Source of the DNA: Setoptus koraiensis
Lineage: Eukaryota > Animalia > Arthropoda
Assembly (NCBI GenBank): GCA_048013815.1
Contig: CM106586.1
Coordinates: forward strand, 10,664,001 to 10,728,000
Direction of reading: 5' to 3'
DNA length: 64,000 nucleotides
Shown here: positions 47,271 to 59,099 of the stretch, in pieces
Layout of the letters: every line of letters starts with the position of its first letter
Numbering within the stretch: the first letter of the stretch is position 1
Position numbers and translations under genes: made by a program
The notes under the pieces: generated by a model
The model's database searches: none
What the model saw: the letters and a program-made list of their open reading frames with translations, nothing else
What the model was told of the DNA's origin: nothing

Positions 47271-50200
47271 TATGCTCTATTTTGGGTGATCTATGGCCGT
47301 ATACACGCATACTGCGCCCATTGCTACCGATTTCGGGCCATATATGAAGATTGGCGAATCAATCAAATGAGCATGCCAGCTCTGCATTATAAAGATTGAA
47401 TTTCGTCAGTTGGTGGCGTTAGCGAAACAATGATTTGAAATCATGTTATCGGTTTTCGCACACACCAAATGTTGTTGTTGTTGTTGTTGTCGTCGCTGTG
47501 TATGCTAATGTCTATTCGACAGTCTATTATGCCGTGCTCGCTCGCCAAATACATTTCTAACTCGTATACGATAATCGTATAATACAATGAGCACAAAATT
47601 GGTAAAGATGGATATGGTATGCTGGTATTCGCCAGCACGTCGTTGTGAATGTCAATGCAAAATATCCATCAATGGATATTATTATTATGATTATGGTTTT
47701 GGAAATTTTGCAAAGTTCAGCCGCTGCTCCGCCTGCTACCGCCTGCGATAATCGATCTGGCGCCAAAATTCCGCCCGAACACGAAACACACAGTCTGTTT
47801 GTGACAGGCTGTTCGCAGATTCCTCAAATTCACGCGTGAATCGAGGAGGCGAAATTGCCCTGTTGTGTGTGAAACATAAAACGATCATGCGATCAAGATA
47901 GATGGCGATGGTTTCGTTTAAATATCAGCTCAGCTTCTCTCTCAGGTAGCCATTCTGCTGCTATAAATAGACAACGAAGGCTCGCCCACTTGGCATTGTT
48001 TTGCCAAGTATACACAGATTGCGGCTCGAAGTAGCGCGCAGTGCCAGTTCGACTGGCGTCGAAATCAAACTGGCTCCTTCGACAAGTTTTCAGGTGAGCC
48101 GAAATTCTAATGGCGAGGCGTTCGCTGCAGAAATATCGCAGTGAATGACACAAAAAGCGAACCCCTCAAGCCGAAAATGAGTCTCAAGTGAGCGTTGGCG
48201 ACTTCAATCAGAATTAGCTTGCCAGCTCGCAAGGTGATCAGTCAAGCTTGACGCGCGTTAACTGGCCCCAACGATGACCGTGCACCAGTGTAATCGATAT
48301 GTAATATAACGGGGCCATCATCCGTGGCGCACAATCAGTTGGCAAATTGCCGGCTCGTTCGCGCCAAATTTCGCCATTCGTGATATACGTCGCCTATTGT
48401 TTGTCGGCCCGTCTAAATCGCTGGTCGTCGGCCCGTCTAAATCGCTGGCGGTCGGCCGGTAGGCGGCCAGCTAAACTGTCCACTTGCTGGAGGACAATTG
48501 ATAAGTTTGGCTCGCACCGCTGCAAAATCGGCGAGCTGGCAAAAATACAACCAGAAACAGTGGGACAGGCAACGAACAAGAGCCCGGCCTTCGGATACCG
48601 GCGATTGATGATGCGACAAGACAATCAACGGCGTGATTTCGGACTTTGTTGTTTCTGGCGTTGTTGTCGTCGTTGTTGTTGTTGTTGTCGTCGTGGTTGT
48701 TGTTTTTATTGTTAGTGTTGTTGTTGTCGCTTGGAGTGTGTGTCATTTCGTAGTGGGCGCAGCAGAGTAGAAACGTTGTTTCTGTCGGCGGCCGGGCACA
48801 GCTCGTGTTACACGAGAGAAAATTTCATCGGAATTAAACACACTGTGAGAACATGTGACAACAACAACAACAAGCAAGAATGGCGCTGATTGAATAGCGA
48901 ACGTTTGGGCCGCATTTCGGGGCCAAATGGCTGCAGTTTGCAGCGGAGTTGTGGCCACTTTCGTGATCATTCGATTCGGCGCAGCCTGCCTTGGTGGTCA
49001 ACTCGATTATTTATCGCGACTATCGTTAGGGTCATTAGGGCGATCAGTGGCGAGTGCTGCGCCAGCAGCAATTACCTGGCCAAAAGAGCAGTCGGCACAC
49101 AGTTGGTGGCAAGGCCGCTTTTGTCCGCTGTTTTTTGCTTTTGCCCCACGGGACTAAATGGGGCCCATTTCCAACAGGCTGCCCTCTGGCTGAAATTGCA
49201 ACCGAGTGATTACAGTATGCAACTGTGTATGTCGAACTGTTGTTCGTTCGAATGAAGCTCGACAAAAGTCGCCCAGGCAATTCAGGCCCAGGCCAGAAAC
49301 AATAGTTACAAAAAAGGAGCCCCATGCAAAGTTCAAGACCGCCATCATGTAGCTTGCGCGCCCACTTTCGGCCCTGAGTGGCTGGCTCTCTTCCGGCTTT
49401 CAAAATCGCCACGCATTTCGGTAATGTTCGGTAGAGTTTCTCTGTTGGTATAATTAGCCCCGATGGCGATGACTTGAGGCCCCGTTGGAGCCGTATCCGG
49501 TGCGAGGAGTGCCAGTGAGAAATTGTGGCTGCTTTTTGAGTGGCACAAAACCGGTCAAAAACAAACTGGCTCTCTCTCTCTCAAATTCAATTAGATAATA
49601 ATGATAACGACGTCAAAAATATCCGCCAAAGAGAACGCGATAATTGGCGTCGCGACGGGCTCACGGGTTAACATGTAAGCTAAACTGTGTGTGTTGACAA
49701 TGTTCCTGTGGGCGCAATATGTCGCCGATATGTCGCCGATATGAGGCAATTGTGCAATTGGGGCCGTTCAGCAATTGTTTTGCCTTAGACAGCCAGCCGA
49801 TGGTAATGTGAGGGAAAAACGTTTTCTGTCACAAGCATAACAGTTGGCCGTTTGAGCAGAGTTGATGCAGAGTTATTGGTTGCGGCATACGGACAACGCT
49901 GGTGTGTCGAGCATCTCGTCTCTAGCGGAGGTGCCGCACCTGAACGAACGATATCACCTAAATGAAGCGGGCCCCTAGGCTAAACAAAATATTCGGGGGC
50001 CGGCGCTGTTTCCCGGCAACAACAACAGCAGCGGCAACAACGACAGCAGCGGCAACAACAACAGCAGCGGCAACAACAACAGCAGCGGCAGCGGCGGCAA
50101 ATTGAACATTTCAATTCATTAACCATGCATAACTGATGATAGGTGATGTGTTTGTAACTTACAAATTGTAAGTGTACGCGGGCCTCGCCCATTCGCACGG

Positions 50201-51353
50201 TGGACGCATTTTTATCGGACGAGGTGGTGAGACACGAAAGAACAATAGCGAACGAATTGATTAAGCGATTGGTCGAGGAACAAGCGCGCCAAAACGGGGC
50301 CAGATGGATGGATTGGGGCCGAGCGGATCAAAGAATATGACAAATTAACAAGAGCGGCAGAGTGACAGTTGTCAATTAACAAAGGGCCCAGGTCTGTTTG
50401 GGGCCTGTTCCGGGAATTGGCATAAGTACAAGTTCATCATCTCATTACTATTCTGTTGTTTTGCTGCACTCTGTTGTTGTGCATATATACGCTCGCATTA
50501 TCATGCACATCGTTGCGCACATGGCCTCAATCTCCTGATTGGCCGGTGACAATTGTATCGTTGGGTCATTCGTTTTATCGGCCCGATTTCGTCAGCCGAT
50601 AAGCGCAAGCAGACACACGACGACGAAAAGAAGCCGCTCAGCGAGTTCGGGGCTCTCGAGAGCGCCAATCAGCATAGGATGAAGAACATGTTGTCGCATG
50701 TTCTTGCAGAATAATTTCGTCGGACAATTCCGCTGAGCCTTAATTAGCTGTGAGCTTGCGGGAATTTTCAATTGGCTGGCGCGCAGCCCCAAGCTTGTGA
50801 CTCACAAGTTGTGGGGCCATGATTGAATTGTCGTTAAATCGTGTAGAGTTCACTCTAAATTAAGTGACACACACACACACACAGCAATTGAAATGATTTT
50901 TCTTTCTGGGCGCGGCACACCGAAATGGCTACCGTTATGGCTGGCAGCCGAACAGAAAAACCCAGTCTTTTTTCAGAGTGGCCATTTCGGCGATCGATTT
51001 TGGCCGGCGACCTGTTATTGTTGTTGTGCCACAAACGAAAAATTACCGATCGCAAAATCTAAACCAACTCGATCAGTTGGTATTGGCCATTTCGAACGGC
51101 GAACCGGCAATTTGGACAAGCAACTGGAAATTTCGCCCAGACCAGCCCCTCAATTGAATGAAAACTGAAAAATGGGGCCGCGAGCGGCGAAACGAGCGCC
51201 TTGCTTTGAGCTCAACAGTATCGACTCGATACTGCGGCCCCGAAATGAGAGTTTCGCCTGATCGATGGTAACGAGCAAGGCGAGCGACCTGGATTTTTGA
51301 TTGTTTTTGGGCCTGTGTTTTCGTGGCTCCAGTTCGCTGTCCGCCCCCGACTC

Positions 51354-51401
51354 CGCAATGGCCGCTTTCGCCCGGTCGACCGGGCAAAAGCGGCCATTGC
51401 G
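51354..51401. other. 48-bp near-perfect palindrome (one C/A mismatch, no spacer)
   Basis: CGCAATGGCCGCTTT-C-GCCCGGTC|GACCGGGC-A-AAAGCGGCCATTGCG. Confidence 0.9.
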
Positions 51402-52512
51402 CTCGTCACACAAGAGCGTGATCTAATTTGTTTCATTAATTTCGGGCCCAAACAACAAGCTAACGAGACCTTGCCGAAGATTGCGGCAGCGGCCCAAACA
51501 ATTTTGCATGTAGCGCAATTGGCACCGCAAGCTCGTCGATCGCATTACCGGCGACCGCTAGGTGCCCCCGGCTGGCCGATGGGCGAGTTGCGAGCGGCAC
51601 CTGATGTTTAAATCATCGCAAGTGTCGTGTCGTGTTGCCAATACGCAATATTGGCCCGCTGAAAAGAACAATATGGCGCGTCACAATGCAAGTTGGCGCC
51701 ATAAATCACGGCCCCAACGTGTGCGGTGTCTGTATTATACAGACTATATGTCTGAATAGGTCGCTACTGGGTCGTGACTGGCGGCTTCAAAACGATGAAA
51801 AGAGGATCCGTTGGAATTTTTTCTTCGTTTTATACAAATTCTTTGCGCGCACACAGACACACAAAACCACTTTTCGGCACAATAGTTGTTAGTTTGGGAA
51901 CAGTGTATTAGAGACAGCGTTCGCAAATGTGTGTTGCGTAATGCTCAAATGAAATAATCTTTTGTTGTTTCCTTTTTGCTATCTCTACGCTGCTGCCGCT
52001 GCTGTTGTAAGTTGTAGTTGTCGTTGTTGTGGCTGGCGAGGTTGCTGCGGTTGGCGTTGTTGCTGGCGGTGCGGTTGTTGCTGGTGGTGCGGTTGTTGCT
52101 GGTGGTGCGGTTGCGGCCGGCCAGTGTTTGCCAGTGTTTAAACGGCTGTGTCGCGCGGGGCCCCTTGTTTCGGTTCGGACTCTTGCTCGCCTTATGCCGA
52201 CTGGCTCGTCAGTCGGCCACTGGGGGCGACACTATGCCAACTGTGCCGAAAATGAACATTGAAAAATAAATGTTCATGAATATTCAATTGATTACCGTGA
52301 GTGCGCCAAGACGCCGCTGGCCTTTTATTGGGCCTCACATCGGCCTTTTATTAGGCCGATGTGAGGCCTGGCAGCGAGCGGGCCCGTTGAGGCCCGGCCC
52401 TGAGCGGGCCCCGGCAAGCATAGCCTAGGGTGACGTTGTCGCCAAATATACATAGCCTGTATAAAGCTGTATAAATTTAACGATCTTTGCGCGCCGGCAA
52501 TAATCTTGCTGG

Positions 52513-52635
52513 CCGCGGCACAATATGACAGCGGCACAATATGACAGCGGCACAATATGACAGCGGCACAATATGGCAGCGGCACAATATGACAGCGGCA
52601 CAATATAACAGTGGCACAATATAACAGCGGCACAA
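52513..52635. repeat. 16-bp minisatellite GCGGCACAATATGACA, ~7 copies
   Basis: Read directly from the sequence. Confidence 0.93.
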
Positions 52636-55600
52636 TGGCCGGCGCTCCGGAGTCATGGGCGCCACGAAACAGTGGCCGGCAACGGGAGTCGGAAGGCCGG
52701 CTCAGCTGTTTCCGGCCCGACGGCCGGTTCGAGGGGCCCCAATCGAGAGCTGCCGGGCGTGCGGCGCGCGACTCGAGCTTGCAAATGCCCATGTGGCCCA
52801 TGTGGCCCGCGTCGGCCCGTGTCGGGCCGCGTCGCGGCCCGCCAATCAAGCGACCCGCGCGCTGATTCGAGATGGCGGCCCGATAAGCCACACAGTCTGT
52901 GCAGTGTGCAGATAATCGTGTCGCGGGCGGCTTATGGCGTGTGACCGCAACTTAGATTGACACCAGTCAACCCCATCATACAAGTTGTACACACGCACCG
53001 CACAAGATAGATTAGCGGGCGCCCCCCTCCCCCCCCGCCGGATTACACAACAGTTATCCAGTGCGTGTATATTTGCATATATTCGTGTTTAGCCGAGTTG
53101 TTGTGCCGAGATATGGCGGCCCCTTGTGACAGCATGCGACAATCGATGTGTGAATAATCACGCCGATATCATGTAACATGACTTATGTTACATAAGCGAG
53201 CCGGCCGATAATTTAATCATCGTCGCGGGCGGCCGGTGCGGCCATCGGGCAGCCGCCGGACCGGCTAAATTCGACAGTCTCCATTCGGCAGTCTCCATTC
53301 GGCAGTCTCAGTTCGACAGTCTCAATTCGGCGCTCGGGTTGGCAGTGGCGGCCCGCCGGCCCGGCGACGGCGGCCACGAGCGCCGAGCGGCCCATTATCA
53401 CGCAATCTGGCCGACCACGGCCGCTGATGATACATTGTGTCGACGCGCGGGCGCAACAAGACGCGGCCGCATATAGGGCACGGCGGCCGCTTTGGCGGCC
53501 GCCTTGGCGGGGCGCGGGTCGTCACGGTCGAGATTGGCCGCTCGTCTGGGGCAATTTTCGAGCATTTCGGGCCAGCTTCAAGCGTCTCGGGCCGCGCCCG
53601 CCGAGGCGCCCACACAAACAATGGCGGGCGCAATTAGTCGCTTGTTGTGTAAGCTCAAGCTTGAATGATTACATGACTGCCAGCGAGCCGTTGTGTGCGC
53701 GCGCGATGCGCAATTGGCCGCAATCGGGGGCCCGTCTTCACGCTAATTTGTCTTGATTAGGCAAACTAGAGCACGGGTCGCCATTATCGTGCGCCGCCAT
53801 CGATTAGCGCGCCCCCGCCAGCCGGCCGACGAGCCGACGAGCCAGCCGTCGTTGGGCCCCATTGTTTGTCGGCGCGCTTGGCCGCTGGCTGCGCGCCGTG
53901 GCCACAACTTGCGTGGGGCCCGTGACACAACATGACGAGCCGATATTATGTCGTCGGCGTGTTTGTGTCATGCCAACTCGGCCGTGATCAAACGATCACA
54001 AAACCCGGGCACGAAACAACAAAATCACGGCCAAACTTGTTGTCGACTCGCCGGCGACTGTCGCTCGTCACAATATGCGACGCTCGCTCGCCACAACATA
54101 TGCAACCCGCTAATTGCAAGTGTCTGGCCCCGGTCGTCGGTGTCGCGCCGGCCCCAAGTCGCTGCCGCCGCCGTGCCATTATCGCACAGTATCGGCAGCG
54201 ACGCGCCCCCAACCCCGCCCGACAGGATCTGCAACCCATTTCCGGTTTGTCTAGACGCCTGTGCGCCAGTGCCCGTGGCTGTGCATTTCGCTCAGCCACG
54301 GGGACCTTTGAGGGGAGCCGACTCATTATGGGCGTCGCAGTGTGCGTCGCCGATACGCGCTGCGCCCTGAGCGCGGCCAATCCGTCGACGTGGCGCCGTC
54401 AGTGGGGCCCCTCGTGCGGGCATCAATATCGGCCGCGCTGTCGCTGGTTGCCGGCGTTTGTCGGCGGGCGCCCGGCGACAAATTGTTTGTCGACGGCCCC
54501 AAAGTGGCCAGCCCGGCCCACGAGCGAGATGAGCGGCACAGCGAGCGAGACAGCAACACAGCGAGCGAGACAGCGAGCATAAAATTGTGTCGATACCCAG
54601 AAATAGCTCCGATTGGGGCCCCGATTCGGGGGAGGCAGGCGCAGCAAATAGGCAAATAGGTGAATTGGCATTTTGGCAGCGGCCCGCGACAAGTGCACGC
54701 GCAAACAGATCGCCGCGCCGCCAGGTTAATGGCTGCCGACGCGAGTCGCCAGAAGTGCGGCCCGAGCCCCGCTCGCCAGTGGCCCCACTGGCGAGCGAGC
54801 CACAATGAGCGACAGGCTGCGATATCATCATGTTTGTGGCGGCATTAGCGGCGCGCATTATCCGTTATTATTCGTTAGTTGATTGCGATTTGCAACAAAT
54901 CAACCCATAATCCCGGTGCTTGCGCGTCGCGCGCGCCTCTCGCGTCCCGGGCTTCGGGCTTCTCGGGCGTCTCGTGCGTCTCGTGCGTCTCGGGCCCATG
55001 ATCGGGCCAGACTGGCGGCCAGATTACGCAAGACGCCGGCGCATATTTCGGCGAGTGTCGCCATTACAGGGGCCGCCTAATGTGGCACCCAATCGGCCAC
55101 TTGAGTGTCAGTTGCCATTATGGCCGCCGGCGGCCCGCCGACCGGCTGCAACACCGGCCCACTCGTCAGCTTCCGATCGGCTACCTGTGCCTGGCCAGAC
55201 GGCGATAATAGGTGCCACATTTGTGCCAGCCGGGCGCAAATGTCGCGCTCGTCTGGCTGGCGCCGGCCGGCCCGTCACGGCGCGGGCCGGATGGCCCATC
55301 ATCGGCTGCGTCGACCTTATGCCATCAATAGGGCGACTAATTAGCTCGACTAATTCGGTCGCCGCTCCTCGCTCTCGATTGGGGCCAATCTGTGCCGATC
55401 TCCAGGCAGGCTGGCGCAAAAGGCGCAGCGCAAGTGCCCATTTAGCTGGTAGCTAACTGAATTTTTGCAGCTTTGCGTTTGGCCGAGCCATCGGACTGCG
55501 ATGATTGGACGGCCGGGCCGGCGCGCCGCGCCGAAACATTCCGGCCGGCGCAAGGAATGTTTCGCGCGGCTCGCATTCATTGTTTATTCAGAGCCACGAT

Positions 55601-57014
55601 GTTGAGCGCACCCACGGGGCCCGGCGGTCGGGCAAGCGCCGGCCCAGATGTGCCGGCCCAGATGCGCCAACGCCAGTTATGTCCCGGCCGGCCGGCCGGC
55701 CGCTGAGGCCGCCACTTGTCACTCGAACAGATTGCTCGCCGCCCTGGGGGCCCGACGTCTCGCCGAGCGATTATCTGGCCAATGATCGCTTGACGCATTA
55801 TTGTTATTATTATTATTACCATTATTACTGTTTCTATTGCTTGCGACTCACAAGTTGCGAGTGGGGGCCCCGTCTGACATTATGCAAGTGATACACGCAC
55901 CTCGAGCGCGCTCGCTAGGCGCTCTGGCCAGATCCGCATTATACTGGCCGAGTGCGACTATCTAATTCGCGGCCACCATCTGATTCGCGGCCGCTATCTA
56001 ATTCGCGGCGACATTATTCATGGCGCAACGCTCCAATCTGCAACTTAGTGTGGGGCCCCCGAATGAGCGCTGGAGATTGTCGCGGCTCGAGAATTGCCGA
56101 CAAGGTTCGGCGGCACAGGGGCCACGTCAAGTGGCCGGCGCGTGCGGCGCGCCGGCGGCCCCACGAGTGGCCGGCGAGTTCAAATTTGGCAGCTTGAAAT
56201 GGGGCCCATTGTGGCTCTATCTGTTAGCACACTGATTGACGGAGCGGTGCTGACGAGCCGATCGGGCGGCAGCAAGGCGAAACGGACGCGCGCCGGCAAA
56301 ACGGACGCGCGCCGGCGAAACGAAACGAACAGCCGACGAAACGAGACGCAACGACTCGCCGCGAATAGGTGAGAACGGGCGAGACAAAGGCATTGTCGCG
56401 GCGAGCCGGCATTGTGCACTTGTTATAGTGGGCACCCGCGTTGCCCGTTGCGCGGTAGCGGCTCACCGTTGCGTCGTCCAGCCCGGCGGCCCGGCCGCCG
56501 GTGAGCGGGTGCACGTGTGAGCGGGCCGCGGGTGCTCGTGTGAGCGGCTGCTTGCCGGAATGGTCGAATGTGCCCGGGCCAATGGGGCCAGACAACGGGA
56601 TGTGGGCCAGGGCAGACAGACAGACAGCGGATAAGGAGAGCGAGATAAGGAATGACAGCTAATGATGACGAGCAGACAGCGCCGTCGAGGCAGCGCCGGC
56701 CGCGCCAGCAAACTTTTTATTCGCAGTGGCGACGGCTCAAATGGCGCCCCCCGCCGCCGCAAACAATATCGCCAATGCGGCCTCTAATTCCAAAATTATA
56801 GACCGGCGTGACCGGCCGCCGGGCCGGCCGACACATCGGGCGCCGGCGGCCCCATGACACGTATTTGGCGCGGTGTTGCTGATGCATGCAAGTGTCTTGT
56901 TTGTCTGATTCAAATGCGACCCAACACTCGCACATTTAATTTGACAACAAAACTTGTCTGGCAAACGTGCGCTCTGAGCTATCTGGCCCGCGCTGGCCGC
57001 CATGAGCTTGCCCA

Positions 57015-57074
57015 AAGCGGGGCCCCACTTGCCCGTCACTCTTGCGCTGGCAAGTGGCAAGTGGGGCCCCGCTT
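57015..57074. ncRNA. Candidate pre-miRNA-sized hairpin (19-bp perfect stem, 60 nt)
   Basis: AAGCGGGGCCCCACTTGCC (57015-57033) is the exact reverse complement of 57056-57074; the loop holds a further 5-bp stem CTTGC/GCAAG. Confidence 0.35.
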
Positions 57075-59099
57075 GAGAGGCCCGCCATCAAAATGCCGAC
57101 AACGTGCAGCGCTTGCGGTCGCTGGTGCCGCTGGCGCTGCTGTGGTGGCTGGTTCGGGGTTGTCGTGGCTGGTTCGGGGTTGTTGTTGCTGGTTTGGGGT
57201 TGTTGTTGCGGGCTGGCGTGTATCCACAATGCGTCACGTCGCCGCCGACCGACACACGACCGACCGACGAGCGGGCCAACATGCAACATCGTCTGGCGGG
57301 CCGCATGTCGGACAATCGCGCAATTGTCGAGCTATCGCTCGCGATATACCGGCCGGTGCGGCGATATTGTGCGTCGGCCGCCGCATTGTCGGGCCGCCGC
57401 ATTGTCGGGCCGCCGCATTGTCGGGCCGCCGCCGACAGCGACGCCGAAGCGCGCTAATGTGCGCCGGCTGGCTTGCGCTTTTTACACAAACAAGCCGACG
57501 AACTGCATGCCACGGGCCCCACAATTACGCCAGCCGATCCAAGGGAGCGGCCGCCCGACCGCACTGGCGGCTCGTCTGGATAGTTTGCGCTGTCGCTGAA
57601 ATGGCTGGCGCGGCTCGCATTCGATTAGCCGCCTCATCTAACTCGATCGATGGCTGCCGGGCGCCTTGTTGCCTCTTGTCGCTGATTGACATCGATCGCG
57701 TTGATCGATCGGCGCCCCCTCTCGCTCGCTGGCTCGAATCATGGCCAGCCATCGCCACAAGCAACAATCTAGCCGCTGGCTCCAGACGCCCAAATCTCGG
57801 CGACTTGAAGTCTGTCTAATCTGTGAGTGTATGCAACGGCGGCGGCGGCGGCCCCCGACAAACAGAAGCCAGCGCACTTACTAATTTTATGTTAGTGACT
57901 TTGGCAAGAACTTGACACCCGACAGGGCGATGAATTTTTGATGATGACGCAAGCTAATTCGGCGTTGTCGTCGTCGTCGTCGTTGCGGTGGTTGCGCGCC
58001 ATGACGCACATGATTGACAAGCCAGCAGCTGCAGCGGCTCCAATTTGCAGTTCGCCGGCGGGGGCCCCAGCCGGCGAACGCGCTAGCCGCTCGCTCGGCG
58101 CACGCCGGCGGGCCAACACAAGCGAGCCAGCTCGTGCCGGCTTGCTTGTAACACATGTTTGCTGCCACTCGTCCACTGGCCCGCAGTCAGCCAATCAGGC
58201 TCAAAAGTTGACAGGGGCCCCCGGCCCGTCATTGAGAAGCACGCGACAATGTGCACAGACTCAGCAATCATGCAGCATAAATATTCACTTACCTAGTTGC
58301 GCCAATACGAGCACCGTTTATAAGGTCAAATTTTGATATAAATCCAATCTAGTCTATTCGCAGATAATTGCTGTCCAGTTGCGTCTATTGTCTTTGTAAT
58401 TTTGTCACCATTACAATTTTGTCGTATCGCTTCCGGTTGCCACTTGTCCAACGAACGTGTGTTTGTATGTTTGTTTCGCCTTAATTGTTGCTCATTTGTG
58501 CGTCACAACTACTACTTTTCCGTATGTAAACCGGCTGTCACGGCAGTTCAGTTCCAGTGCGCCAACTCTTTCGAGGAGCGCACCTATTCTTCTTCTACTT
58601 CCGCGCTCTACTTCGGCACACAATCCCGCAAACTCGAGTTGCGATTTGCAGTCGAATTGTCGACCCCAATTGAATGTTTATATTGATATATGTTCTAATT
58701 GGGGCTCTAGTTTTACTTGTACCGTGCCTACAGTTGCTGTTTGCTTGTTGTCACTGGCTTCTTATTATGCTTCTTCTCGATTAAAAATATTGCACATATT
58801 GCACGCTAGTCAACGCTGTCATATACGATAATCCTTTATTCTGATGAGATTGATTATCACTCGTTACTCTCATTATCGCTACTACGAGCAGTACACAAGT
58901 ATCAGAGTTTGTCCAGCGAACCCAAGATACTATCTGACGAAAGATAACAGCACATAAACAGACTCATTCACCACTGGGCCCCACAATTGCGCAGCTCGAG
59001 CCAAATCAAATGCGCATGCCAACAAAAGATAAATGATGTAACTATATGTATTGGGCGCTGGCTGGCTGGCTGACTGGCTGGAATTGTTGTTGCCGCTGT

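Noticed and set aside
33571-57430. CRISPR-like arrays
   Set aside because: Units are 9-27 bp in direct tandem without unique 30-40-bp spacers, no cas genes are present, and the context is eukaryotic.
29278-58222. GGGCCC sites as plant TCP-factor elements
   Set aside because: TCP factors are plant-specific and the flanking genes are animal-type; the similarity is treated as coincidental.
26500-59000. The many 60-320-aa ORFs of the ORF track in the island (e.g. 56854..57819, 53932..54582)
   Set aside because: They overlap in all six frames, are Arg/Ala/Gly/Pro-rich as expected from GC-rich, stop-poor DNA, often translate repeats, and carry no recognisable domain.
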